Assembly (NCBI GenBank): GCA_016181145.1
Contig: JACOZW010000002.1
Location: forward strand, 1 to 50,606
Source: Candidatus Yanofskybacteria bacterium
GTDB lineage: Bacteria; Patescibacteriota; Minisyncoccia; 2-02-FULL-40-12; GWA2-44-9
DNA: 50,606 nucleotides
Direction: 5' to 3'
Positions 1-8,457 of this stretch are shown in pieces. The notes under the pieces are model-generated. The model made no database searches. It saw only the letters and a list, made by a program, of their open reading frames with translations, and was not told the origin of the DNA. Numbering within the stretch: position 1 is the stretch's first letter; each line of letters starts with the position of its first letter. Both the position numbers and the translations under genes were made by a program.

Positions 1-339
1 TTTTCGGTTATTTCCGCGACGCTGGAGCATCTGGAAAATTTTTCTCCTGCCCTCGATCACATCCTCGCCAGCACCAAAAAAGTAATTGTAGCTAGAACTT
101 ATCTGGGCGAAAAACAAGAGCGTGATATTATGCTCAAAGATCAGAGCAAATATCCATATCGCATGAATCAATATTCTTTTTTGGACATTTTCCGAACGTT
201 TGCTAAATATAATTTTGAAACAAAGATAATCCGCGACCGCTATACCGATTCCCTGCCCTATTATGTCCCGTTTGAGACCTTGCCAGGACAAGGTCTGATT
301 AGAACCCAATATGTAATTGTAGGCCATAGAAAAAAATGA
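1..339 (+). CDS. SAM-dependent methyltransferase, C-terminal fragment (5' end outside window)
   Basis: Frame 1 is open from base 1 (FSVISATLEHLENFSPALDHILASTKKVIVARTYLG...) and continues into the listed 130..339 ORF. The xxEHL...L motif is typical of class I methyltransferases. Its stop overlaps the next start (ATGA at 336-339). Confidence 0.45.
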   Translation, partial: FSVISATLEHLENFSPALDHILASTKKVIVARTYLGEKQERDIMLKDQSKYPYRMNQYSFLDIFRTFAKYNFETKIIRDRYTDSLPYYVPFETLPGQGLIRTQYVIVGHRKK

Positions 340-1016
340 AAAATAGCTATCTCTCAGTAGTTTACAACGAAACTAGAACGCCCATAACTAGATACCCCGA
401 CCAGCTTATCGCATATCTGATAAAAAGGTTCGATTTAAGACCCGGAGAGCGCATACTGGAGCTGGGCTGCGGTCGTGGTGATTTTATATCCGCCTTTAAA
501 CGGGCGGGCCTGCACTGTTCTGGAGTAGACAGAGAACAACCTAATATTACCGGGGTTGAGACAAAAACATGCGACCTATCTAAGGATCTCCTGCCATTTG
601 AAGATGAGAGTTTCGATATAGTCTACCACAAATCGGTCATTGAACATCTCTACCAGCCTAATCACATAATGGATGAAACGTACCGTGTCCTGAAAAAAGG
701 CGGAAAGTTGATTTTTCTGACTCCTGATTGGGAAAGACAATTAAAAATTTTTTACGAAGACATCACTCATTGCCGCCCCTATAATGTCACGTCGGTAAGA
801 GACACTCTCTCTATGTGGGGGCTGCAGGATATAGAGGCTGAAAAGTTTTATCAATACCCTCTATTTTGGCGCTGGCCCATTCTAAAATATTCAGGCGCAT
901 TATTTAACCCATTTCTTTCTGTGAAGCTGGCCCGCTGGTTCACTCGCAAAACAAACAAGAAATTTTTCCAATTCTCAATAGAAACCATGGTCCTAGGATA
1001 TGGCATAAAGAAATAA
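336..1016 (+). CDS. class I SAM-dependent methyltransferase
   Basis: SAM motif I ILELGCGRGDF, then FDIVYHKSVIEHL and VLKKGGKLIF motifs. Translationally coupled to the upstream ORF. Confidence 0.85.
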   Translation: MKNSYLSVVYNETRTPITRYPDQLIAYLIKRFDLRPGERILELGCGRGDFISAFKRAGLHCSGVDREQPNITGVETKTCDLSKDLLPFEDESFDIVYHKSVIEHLYQPNHIMDETYRVLKKGGKLIFLTPDWERQLKIFYEDITHCRPYNVTSVRDTLSMWGLQDIEAEKFYQYPLFWRWPILKYSGALFNPFLSVKLARWFTRKTNKKFFQFSIETMVLGYGIKK

Positions 1017-1034
1017 CGAGACCATCTCAACAAC

Positions 1035-2630
1035 ATGAATTTTGAATCTTCTGATTATCTGCCCAACACAGAAAAACGCATAGCGCATCTGAGGGAAATA
1101 ATCGCAGGCCGGCCGGTGGCTATTTTGGCTGCCGGACCATCCATAAAAGAACTGGAGGAAAGAATTGATGAATTGCGTAATACTGACATATGTTATTTCG
1201 GGATTAACACATTTTTCGTCCAGGAAAATCATATTTTAAAAAAAATAAGCAAGTATTTTTCCGTCATAATCGAGGCTACACTGATTAAAGACGACGAAGA
1301 TATTCTGCCGAATATTTTTGATAAGGTTGTTTCTTTCCTAGACCGGAAAGATAATAACATACTTGTTTCTTCCCTAACCAGCCTCCTTCAATTTTCAGAT
1401 AAATACGACGAGAAACTACTCTCCCCTTCTTTTGTTAATGGTGATCGGAAAATACCGAACCGTGACCATCCTTTGCACCTCATAAACGGTAATTCCCTCT
1501 CCGGACTGATATATCTGGCTGTTATCGGCGGGGCTTCTAAGGTCATCCTCTTTGGAGCTGATGGTTATACCGTAAATACTGACACTGAAAAAACATATTA
1601 TCGTGCGGATGAATATTATCCCACCATGGAAAAGAGTTCGGAACCGCAACAACAGCTTATGCGCAATACAAATAAAGGTTTTAACCCCATCATCCCCATC
1701 AGCTTAAGGAATATTTACCAGACACATGATATCAAGCCCATACCAATACTTAATTGTTCCGAAGTAAGTTTCTTAACTCCCTTTCCGAAAGTATCATATA
1801 ACGACGCTTTCGCTATACTGCTCGGGAAAAAAGGCATTGAAGATATAAAAGATCTTCGTGTTCCCACTGCCTCCATCATCATCCCTCACTCCGGCAATGA
1901 AAATAGATTACAGACAACTTTAACCAGCATAGCTCAGCAATCATATTCAAATTATGAGACTGTCGTCGTTGACGAGAGCCAAGGTTTTGTAAAAATGATG
2001 AAAAAAGCCATATCTTCAGCTAGGGGTAAATATATATTTTACTGTCCTTCAGGCAACACTTACAATGATCTCGACTGGATAAATTCCTGCCTAGAAGTAC
2101 TGGAAAACAGGCCTCAAATTTCTTTAGTCTGTGGCTTACCTAAAAATGCTGAATCTCCCTGGCCAAAGAAAAAATTTATCTACTATTGGCTCAAGAAAAA
2201 AATATTTTTTCCAGCTAATCTGATCTGCGTCCGCAAAGAAATTCTGGAACAATGCCTTCTCCGGACTAATAACGCATACACGAGCACTGAACTCAACAAT
2301 TGGCTGGTCTTCAACCTGCGATTTAATATGGCTGGATACTTACCGGACTTTATTCCAGTAACTTCCAATCGGAACGAAGATATGAGAATCGACCAGGGGT
2401 CGCTAGATGTATATAAACGCCAAATTAATAACTACAAAAGCCAACTCATCTTTAAAAGAATATCACATCGATTCAGAGATGGCACTGGCAATATTTTATC
2501 GGGTAAATTTTACCTGAGCATATTCTTGTTTTATGGACTTGTTGAGAAAATCAGTGACAAATTACCTGATTTTCTGCGCCCGATATTAAACACTGCCAAA
2601 CAAGCTATCCGAAGAAGCTATATAAAATAA
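1035..2630 (+). CDS. fusion protein: DUF115/MptE-like (Maf-type) domain + family 2 glycosyltransferase domain
   Basis: The N-terminal part (VAILAAGPSIKEL...ICYFGIN...LIYLAVIGGASKVILFGADGY) resembles the DUF115 fold of motility-accessory-factor-type proteins. From about aa 285, ASIIIPHSGNENRLQTTLTSIAQQSYSNYETVVVDES is a GT-A/GT2 N-terminal signature. Confidence 0.6.
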   Translation: MNFESSDYLPNTEKRIAHLREIIAGRPVAILAAGPSIKELEERIDELRNTDICYFGINTFFVQENHILKKISKYFSVIIEATLIKDDEDILPNIFDKVVSFLDRKDNNILVSSLTSLLQFSDKYDEKLLSPSFVNGDRKIPNRDHPLHLINGNSLSGLIYLAVIGGASKVILFGADGYTVNTDTEKTYYRADEYYPTMEKSSEPQQQLMRNTNKGFNPIIPISLRNIYQTHDIKPIPILNCSEVSFLTPFPKVSYNDAFAILLGKKGIEDIKDLRVPTASIIIPHSGNENRLQTTLTSIAQQSYSNYETVVVDESQGFVKMMKKAISSARGKYIFYCPSGNTYNDLDWINSCLEVLENRPQISLVCGLPKNAESPWPKKKFIYYWLKKKIFFPANLICVRKEILEQCLLRTNNAYTSTELNNWLVFNLRFNMAGYLPDFIPVTSNRNEDMRIDQGSLDVYKRQINNYKSQLIFKRISHRFRDGTGNILSGKFYLSIFLFYGLVEKISDKLPDFLRPILNTAKQAIRRSYIK

Positions 2631-2675
2631 AGATCTTAAAAAAAATTGTACAATAACTAACCTTAAATTTCTTTT

Positions 2676-2715
2676 TGTCAATATTGATACCTTTTGATAC
2701 CTTTTGATACGATAC
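2676..2715 (+). promoter_or_regulatory. phased-hexamer promoter/operator element (copy A): TGTCAA-TA-TTGATAC-CTTT-TGATAC-CTTT-TGATAC-GATAC
   Basis: TGATAC at 2685-2690, 2695-2700 and 2705-2710, exactly 10 bp apart. Also readable as TTGATA(-35, 2684-2689)-N16-GATACG(-10-like, 2706-2711). It ends 12 nt before the ATG at 2723. Confidence 0.55.
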
Positions 2716-2722
2716 ATAGGAT

Positions 2723-2968
2723 ATGTCTTCCATTAACCCACATGAAGTCTACACCGCTGCCGAGTCTAAGGAATTATTAAAGGTAAGCAGCAGTACCATG
2801 AAGCGCCTTTTGAAAAGTGGCTTCGTTCGTGCCAATAAAATCGGCGGTCAATATCGTATCATGGGAAAAGAGCTTCTGAGACTTCTCTCTCCATCTATGG
2901 AAAGGGGTGCTGTTAAAACTTATCAGAAAATAAAGAAGCGGATAAAAAGTAAAATCAAAAACTGGTAA
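2723..2968 (+). CDS. small DNA-binding protein, excisionase/MerR-like HTH (HTH_17 type)
   Basis: ESKELLKVSSSTMKRLLKSGFVRANKIGGQYRIMGKELLRLL matches the excisionase-family helix-turn-helix pattern (...vs..T..r....G.l.a.kiGg.wri....l...l). It has a basic C-terminal tail. The stop lies 3 nt before the next ATG. Confidence 0.7.
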   Translation: MSSINPHEVYTAAESKELLKVSSSTMKRLLKSGFVRANKIGGQYRIMGKELLRLLSPSMERGAVKTYQKIKKRIKSKIKNW

Positions 2969-2971
2969 TTT

Positions 2972-3973
2972 ATGGTTATATCTAGAACACCTTTTAGGAT
3001 ATCTTTTTTTGGTGGTGGTACAGATTATCCCGCCTGGTATCAAAAGAATGACGGGGCTGTTTTATCTACAGCCATCAACAAATACTGCTATATTACTTGC
3101 CGGTATTTACCGCCATTTTTCAAATACAAGCATAGGATCGTATATAGCAAGAACGAAACAGTAAGTGAGATAGCTGAAATAGACCATCCATCGGTCAGAG
3201 AAACTATGCGTTTTCTTAATATTGATAAAGGGTTGGAGATACATCACGACGGAGACTTGCCATCTATGTCCGGGCTTGGGTCCAGCTCTTCTTTTACTGT
3301 TGGACTTGTAAACGCGCTAAGCATTCTGAACGGAACACCAAAAACAAAGAGAGAAATAGCAATGAATGCGATCCATATTGAACAAAATATGATAAAAGAA
3401 AACGTTGGTTCTCAGGACCAAACGGCGGCAGCTTTTGGCGGACTCAATCGCATAAATTTTGGAGGTGATGAAGAAATATCTATCAAGCCATTAATCTTAA
3501 GCTCTAGCCGACTTGAATCTCTTCAGAACCATCTGTTATTATTTTTTACCGGCCTATCGCGAGATGCTTCAAGAATCGCAAAAGAACAGATAACAAACAT
3601 TAAAGATAGGGATGTCGAGTTGAAATTAATGCACAGACTAGTTGACGAAGGAGAGGCAATTTTAAAAAATAACAGAAAAGGGCTTGATGAATTCGGAAAA
3701 CTACTTAATGAGGGTTGGCAAATAAAAAAATCATTGTCATCAAAAATATCCAATCCGTACATCGACGATGTCTATAAGGCCGGAATGCAAGCCGGAGCGT
3801 TAGGGGGCAAGCTTCTTGGCGCGGGAGGGGGTGGATTTATTCTATTCTTCGCGAAACCAGAGTTACATAAAAAAATAAAAAGCAAATTAAAAAATTTGCT
3901 TTTTGTACCATTTCGATTTGATCATTTGGGCAGCCGGATTATCTATACTGGTAATGATTTTGAAAAATTCTAG
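2972..3973 (+). CDS. GHMP-family sugar kinase (HddA / heptose-7-phosphate-kinase-like)
   Basis: RTPFRISFFGGGTDYP N-terminus, GHMP motif II PSMSGLGSSSSFTVGL and motif III GGKLLGAGGGGFILFF. Confidence 0.85.
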   Translation: MVISRTPFRISFFGGGTDYPAWYQKNDGAVLSTAINKYCYITCRYLPPFFKYKHRIVYSKNETVSEIAEIDHPSVRETMRFLNIDKGLEIHHDGDLPSMSGLGSSSSFTVGLVNALSILNGTPKTKREIAMNAIHIEQNMIKENVGSQDQTAAAFGGLNRINFGGDEEISIKPLILSSSRLESLQNHLLLFFTGLSRDASRIAKEQITNIKDRDVELKLMHRLVDEGEAILKNNRKGLDEFGKLLNEGWQIKKSLSSKISNPYIDDVYKAGMQAGALGGKLLGAGGGGFILFFAKPELHKKIKSKLKNLLFVPFRFDHLGSRIIYTGNDFEKF

Positions 3974-4758
3974 AAAAACCTACTCTGACCTCCATCAATA
4001 ACAACTGAACTGCCGTTCAACAAGCTTGCCCTATCTGAGCACATAAATGCTACAACACTTGCCACTTCTTCGGGCGAACCGAGTCTTCCAAGAGGAAAAT
4101 TCTCTGACACAAACTTACTAAACTCTCCCGGATTTTCCTTTTGTTTTTTGTCCAAACCCGTATCCGGTATCATTATGTGTCCGGGAGCGACACTATTAAA
4201 TGTAATTCCATCCCTTACTAGGTCATGGTTAGCGGATAAATTCTTCATAAGACTTATCTGCGCACTCTTTGCTACGCTATACCATGCCCTTCCACCAGTT
4301 TCACGACCGCATATAGAGGACACCGTGACTACTCTACCCCACTTTTCTTTTCGCATGAGAGGCAGACAAGACATTGTAAATCTGATGGCCGACATGACAT
4401 TTTTATCATACACTTCCCGCCACACATTTTCGGGAGTTTGCTCGACATCATCACTACCCCAGCTTCCACCGCCACCGACATTATTTATCAAGATATGCAA
4501 CCTTCCCCAGGAGATCGTTATCTCATTTACCACACGCGTAACATCATCTGGATTCGTTGCATCAGCCATTATTCCCTTGCCAATAACCTTTTTTCTTTCT
4601 ATCTCTCCGACTACTTCGTCGATTCTTTGTTTATTTCTGGCACAAATAGCCACATTACAGCCTTCATCGGCTAAAGTAAGGGCTATGGCTCGGCCAATTC
4701 CATGACTGCCTCCTGTCACCAGCGCATATTTGCCGTCTAATCCGAGATTCATATCCAA
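3970..4758 (-). CDS. short-chain dehydrogenase/reductase (SDR) family oxidoreductase
   Basis: TGGSHGIGRAIA Rossmann motif, NNVGGGG, and catalytic YSVAKSA (YxxxK). Confidence 0.9.
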   Translation of the reverse strand: MDMNLGLDGKYALVTGGSHGIGRAIALTLADEGCNVAICARNKQRIDEVVGEIERKKVIGKGIMADATNPDDVTRVVNEITISWGRLHILINNVGGGGSWGSDDVEQTPENVWREVYDKNVMSAIRFTMSCLPLMRKEKWGRVVTVSSICGRETGGRAWYSVAKSAQISLMKNLSANHDLVRDGITFNSVAPGHIMIPDTGLDKKQKENPGEFSKFVSENFPLGRLGSPEEVASVVAFMCSDRASLLNGSSVVIDGGQSRFF

Positions 4759-4793
4759 ACCCCCGTTTCATATTTTCAAATAGACTGGTTAGC

Positions 4794-4822
4794 ATAATAG
4801 AATACTATTTATAATCTGTCAA
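4794..4822 (-). promoter_or_regulatory. sigma70-like promoter for the SDR gene: TTGACA-N17-TATTAT
   Basis: On the minus strand, TTGACA is the reverse complement of 4817-4822 and TATTAT of 4794-4799, with a 17-nt spacer. It directly abuts the upstream terminator hairpin. Confidence 0.45.
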
Positions 4823-4844
4823 AAAAGCCGCTTGTGCGGCTTTT
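4823..4844 (-). terminator. intrinsic terminator after the transketolase genes
   Basis: AAAAGCCGC-ACAA-GCGGCTTTT hairpin followed by a T run on the minus strand. Confidence 0.6.
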
Positions 4845-4848
4845 AGAT

Positions 4849-5796
4849 TTATATTTCGTGAGTCTTTCTTAACCAAGACAATACTGTTTCTTCCAGATCG
4901 GGCAGTGTAAGGTTATTCAAAGAATGCAGCCAATTTCTCGTTCCATAAACAACAAACTGCTTATCTTGCGAACCTATTCTTTTCAGCTTTATATCAGAAT
5001 CGTTGTCGCTTAATAATTCGCCGACAATGCTTCCCAGACCGCCGACCAGAGAATTTTCCTCAATGGTTATTAATAGTTCGGTGTTACGAATAGTTTCATA
5101 GAAGAGCGGATCAACCGGTTTTAATCGCATCAAGTCTAACAGCCCTACATTGATGCCACGACCTGCCAGACCCTCAGCCAACACCATAGCAACGGAGGTC
5201 ATGTAACCGGTACTGACAATACTTATTCTCTGAACCGGCCTTATAATCTTAAATCCCGACTGAAGCTCAAAACTATTTTCATAAATAACCGGATATACGC
5301 CTTTATCTAAGCGTATATAAGAGGGGCTGTTTTTCTCATATGCCATTCTTGCAACAGCAGAAGCTGACACAGCATCCGAAGGATTATAAATAGTGATTTC
5401 GGGTAATGATCTCATTATGGCTATGTCTTGGGTCCCATGGAGAGCAGGACCGTCCGAATCAAATGAGAACCCGGCACCGATACCAACCACAACTACCGGC
5501 AGATTCATCCCGCAAATATTGAACTTTATCTGCTCGAAACAGCGCATGGTCATAAAAGAGCAAATACCGAAAACAAATACCTTCTTACCGCATAGTGTAA
5601 GGCCAGTGGCAACATTAATCTGATTTTGCTCGGCCACGCCGATGTTAATAAACTGGTCCGGAAAATCACGAACGAATTTTTTAAGCCCGAAGGCATCCAT
5701 ATCATCCGTGAGAAAAAGCATATTCTTGTCTGCCTTGCCTATCTCATAAATTTCGTCAAAAAAGGCATCTCTTATATCTGTTTTGCTTATACCCAC
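4849..5796 (-). CDS. transketolase, C-terminal subunit (pyrimidine-binding + C-terminal domains)
   Basis: FINIGVAEQNQINVATGL and GPALHGTQDIAIMRSLP motifs. Overlaps the N-terminal subunit gene by 10 nt. Confidence 0.9.
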   Translation of the reverse strand: MGISKTDIRDAFFDEIYEIGKADKNMLFLTDDMDAFGLKKFVRDFPDQFINIGVAEQNQINVATGLTLCGKKVFVFGICSFMTMRCFEQIKFNICGMNLPVVVVGIGAGFSFDSDGPALHGTQDIAIMRSLPEITIYNPSDAVSASAVARMAYEKNSPSYIRLDKGVYPVIYENSFELQSGFKIIRPVQRISIVSTGYMTSVAMVLAEGLAGRGINVGLLDLMRLKPVDPLFYETIRNTELLITIEENSLVGGLGSIVGELLSDNDSDIKLKRIGSQDKQFVVYGTRNWLHSLNNLTLPDLEETVLSWLRKTHEI

Positions 5797-6605
5797 TGGG
5801 AACTCAGTTCCTTTCTAGCTATCTCCACTTGTTCCTTAGTCGGAACACCGTGATGCCAATTTGCTTTATTCTCCATAAACGAAACGCCCTTACCCTTTAC
5901 GGTATTAGCCATAACTATCGATGGTTTATCAGACAACTTAACCATCCCCAGGACAGCTAAAATCTCATCCATATTGTGTCCATCCAGCTCCAGATAATTC
6001 CAGCCGAATAATTCCAGTTTTCTGCCAAAGTTCATAAATACGCTATTATCATCATCGATTGTCTCCATAACAGATAAACGATTTCTATCAATTATCACCA
6101 CGAGATTATTTAATTTATGCTGTGAACCAAACATTAATGCTTCCCAGACTGAGCCTTCGAAAAGCTCGGCATCACCGATCATTGTGTAGGCATAATAATC
6201 CCTAGAATCCATTTTGGCTGCTAGAGCCATTCCGGCAGCAATACCAATAGAATGACCCAAAGAACCGGTATTTGTTTCGATCCCGGGCAGGCTTATGTCC
6301 ACCTGACCACCAAGACCGCCGTTCTTGCCATATGTCTCGTAAAGCCCAGGAGAGATGATGCCCATGTCCTTGAATATCGCAAACAGAGCAAGCGAAGCAT
6401 GTCCCTTGCTAAGTATAAATCTGTCCCTATCTTCCCATCCGGGATTATCCAATTTGAATCTCAGAATTTTCCCATAATACAACGCAACCAGAATATCCGT
6501 ACAAGAATATGTCCCGCCGATATGTCCTTTTCCACCAGAAACGGTTGATTCAAGGACTTCCATTCTTACCCAAGCTGCTTTCTTGATTAGCTCTTTGCTA
6601 TCCAT
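5787..6605 (-). CDS. transketolase, N-terminal (ThDP-binding) subunit
   Basis: GHIGGTYSCTDIL, LSKGHASLALFA, GSLGHSIGIAAGMALA and GDAELFEGSVWEA motifs. Confidence 0.9.
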   Translation of the reverse strand: MDSKELIKKAAWVRMEVLESTVSGGKGHIGGTYSCTDILVALYYGKILRFKLDNPGWEDRDRFILSKGHASLALFAIFKDMGIISPGLYETYGKNGGLGGQVDISLPGIETNTGSLGHSIGIAAGMALAAKMDSRDYYAYTMIGDAELFEGSVWEALMFGSQHKLNNLVVIIDRNRLSVMETIDDDNSVFMNFGRKLELFGWNYLELDGHNMDEILAVLGMVKLSDKPSIVMANTVKGKGVSFMENKANWHHGVPTKEQVEIARKELSSQWV

Positions 6606-7753
6606 GTCAGGCCTCCGGTTCGATATTCCAGATTTATTTTTTCTGGGCTAAACGGCTCTATGATTTTTTGATTGTTATCACAGAAAACTTCGACAAAAGT
6701 GGGCTGATCATCAGACATAATAACTTTTAGCTTCTCATCTATCTCTTCGTGGCCAGTTATAACCGCGTATCTCAACCCGAATGCATCAGCAATTTTAGCT
6801 AGATCTAGAGACTCAGCGCCAGTTTCATCATCTGATCCTATGCGCCTACCCTCAAAAACACTATCCTGCCAGTTTCTCATAGAAACGTATCCGCCATTAT
6901 TGATAACAAACAATTTTATATTAAGTCCGTAATACGATATCGTCTTAAGCTCCTGGATATTTAATTCGAGCGAGCCATCTCCTGTTATGGCTAAAATCTG
7001 GGCATCTTTCTTGGCAACACTTGCGCCGATAGCTAACGGAATTGTTAATCCCATTGCGGCAAATGTTCCGGACGTTAGCTCTCTCTGGCCATTTTCAAAT
7101 CTGAAGACCTGGCCGCCGACATAGTAATTTGAGCCGGCATCAGTAACCAAAACATTGCGCGCGCCGGAAAGTGCGTCAACTCTCGACATAAAATAGTAGA
7201 GGTCAATCGGATCTTTTACCATATCTTCTGTTACCATAGGATAAGCTTCTTTCAAACTTTGACAGTAGCTAAGCCAAGAGTTGAAATTGAAAGATCCGGA
7301 TAACTTAGCGTTTAATTTATTGATCACTGTTTTAACATCTGCATTTATAGGCAGGTCTATTCTCACGCCTGATTTTTTTAACTCGGCCGATTCTATATCG
7401 ACAACGATCCTGAATGCACTCTCGGAAAAAGCATCTAATTCGTGGCCGACAAACGGCACCGCAAGCCTGCTACCCAAAGAGATAATCAGATCCGCTGACT
7501 TTAGTATTTTTTTACAATACCGACTCCCCTTAATTCCTGCCAACCCCATATTGCTAGGATGAGAAAAAGGCAGAATATCAATACCGAGCCTGGATAGAAC
7601 CACCGGCGCATTAAGAAGATTCAACAATTCCTTAAAGTCATTTATAGCATTCCCCTGCCTGATTCCGTAACCAGCAACAATAAGCGGCCTGTGCGATTGG
7701 CTTATGGCATGCAGTATTAAATCAATATCCTTTTCCAGGTCATGTATCGGCAT
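6587..7753 (-). CDS. ThDP-dependent ALS/YerE-fold enzyme, central + C-terminal domains (N-terminal domain encoded separately)
   Basis: Central domain PLIVAGYGIRQ..., and the C-terminal ThDP motif GDGSLELNIQELKTISYYGLNIKLFVINNGGY (GDG-x24-NN). Confidence 0.85.
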   Translation of the reverse strand: MPIHDLEKDIDLILHAISQSHRPLIVAGYGIRQGNAINDFKELLNLLNAPVVLSRLGIDILPFSHPSNMGLAGIKGSRYCKKILKSADLIISLGSRLAVPFVGHELDAFSESAFRIVVDIESAELKKSGVRIDLPINADVKTVINKLNAKLSGSFNFNSWLSYCQSLKEAYPMVTEDMVKDPIDLYYFMSRVDALSGARNVLVTDAGSNYYVGGQVFRFENGQRELTSGTFAAMGLTIPLAIGASVAKKDAQILAITGDGSLELNIQELKTISYYGLNIKLFVINNGGYVSMRNWQDSVFEGRRIGSDDETGAESLDLAKIADAFGLRYAVITGHEEIDEKLKVIMSDDQPTFVEVFCDNNQKIIEPFSPEKINLEYRTGGLTWIAKS

Positions 7754-7769
7754 ACTTTTAACCGGCGGG

Positions 7770-8237
7770 CTAAAGCCTTGCCTTCTCCAGATGATATCTA
7801 ATTAAACTAGGATCATTAACCATAACCGCATACTTAGTTAAGGAACTTACTATTGGAATAATATCAATTTCAGCAGTTCCAAAACTTCTTAACCCAGGAA
7901 TTCCCATATTGTGAGTTGTGTGATTGCGCGGCGCTTGCCCGGATATGATCAGAACCGGAGCGGCATCAACATACGCCTCAGCTAAACCCGGTATGGCATT
8001 AGTTGAGCCCGGCCCGCTAGTAAGACAAACCGCCCCCAAAGACTGTTTTAGCCTGGCATATGCTTCAGCCATCATCGGAGAAGCCGCTTCGTTTCTGGCG
8101 CAATAATATTTTATGCTCGGCTGGCTTGCAATCCCATCATTAAGATACATAGCTCCATTTCCGGTGAGAAGAAAGATATCTTCGATACCATTATCAACTA
8201 GAAATCTGGCAATAAAATCTGCAACTCTTGTCATCAT
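7770..8237 (-). CDS. ThDP-dependent ALS/YerE-fold enzyme, N-terminal pyrimidine-binding domain (split or frameshifted from 6587..7753)
   Basis: FLLTGNGAMYLND, ARNEAASPMMAEAYARL and GPGSTNAIPGLAEAY motifs. It stops 16 nt before the next ORF, which is in another frame. A GGAGGG RBS lies just upstream. Confidence 0.85.
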   Translation of the reverse strand: MMTRVADFIARFLVDNGIEDIFLLTGNGAMYLNDGIASQPSIKYYCARNEAASPMMAEAYARLKQSLGAVCLTSGPGSTNAIPGLAEAYVDAAPVLIISGQAPRNHTTHNMGIPGLRSFGTAEIDIIPIVSSLTKYAVMVNDPSLIRYHLEKARL

Positions 8238-8273
8238 TCCCTCCTATCGTTTTCAAGGATCTTTTGTACAAAA

Positions 8274-8301
8274 AGCATACTATATTTTTTGACAAAATCA
8301 A
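8274..8301 (-). promoter_or_regulatory. candidate sigma70-like promoter TTGATT-N16-TATGCT for the ThDP/transketolase operon
   Basis: On the minus strand, TTGATT is the reverse complement of 8296-8301 and TATGCT of 8274-8279. Confidence 0.3.
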
Positions 8302-8457
8302 GTAAGTGAAGCCTTCTTATCTTTCATAATCAATGACGGCTAGAGGTACTGAAAATTTAGCCAGCAGTGTTAGAGAATATAGATTTATAACCCTACAAAT
8401 AAAAATAGCCCTAGTGGGCCATATTATTCTCTAATACTTTCAATAATTTAAATTTAA

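Noticed and set aside
2676-2681. A minus-strand TTGACA at copy A could be a real antisense promoter (TTGACA-N17-AGTTAT) reading into the 3' end of 1035..2630
   Set aside because: There is no minus-strand gene to serve and the -10 is poor. It is more likely a vestige of the palindromic element seen at 9220 and 13130.
2684-2710. The tandem 10-bp CTTTTGATAC repeats could be a mini CRISPR or microsatellite
   Set aside because: There are only 2-3 units of 10 bp with no spacers and no cas genes. The same phased pattern recurs at three other promoter-proximal sites, so a regulatory or promoter reading fits much better.
2723-2968. The excisionase-family HTH could mark a prophage or integrative element
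   Set aside because: The window contains no integrase, recombinase, att-like direct repeats, tRNA gene or phage structural genes. The gene is translationally adjacent to a GHMP kinase inside a glycan operon.
4148-4705. 185-aa ORF on the plus strand (also 4438..4674)
   Set aside because: It lies entirely antisense to the SDR gene, whose motifs are unambiguous. The translation is low-complexity (P/S/T/L-rich) with no recognisable domain, which is typical of a shadow ORF.
4849-6605. The split transketolase could be the housekeeping pentose-phosphate enzyme
   Set aside because: It is co-oriented and overlapping with the ALS-like gene, inside a sugar-nucleotide island and without neighbouring pentose-phosphate genes. 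This cannot be fully excluded without the rest of the genome, which is noted in the ThDP finding.
6587-8237. The split ThDP enzyme could be phosphonopyruvate decarboxylase (a phosphonate pathway)
   Set aside because: The combined length (about 545 aa) includes a central ALS-type domain that Ppd enzymes lack. No PEP mutase or AEP transaminase is present in the window.
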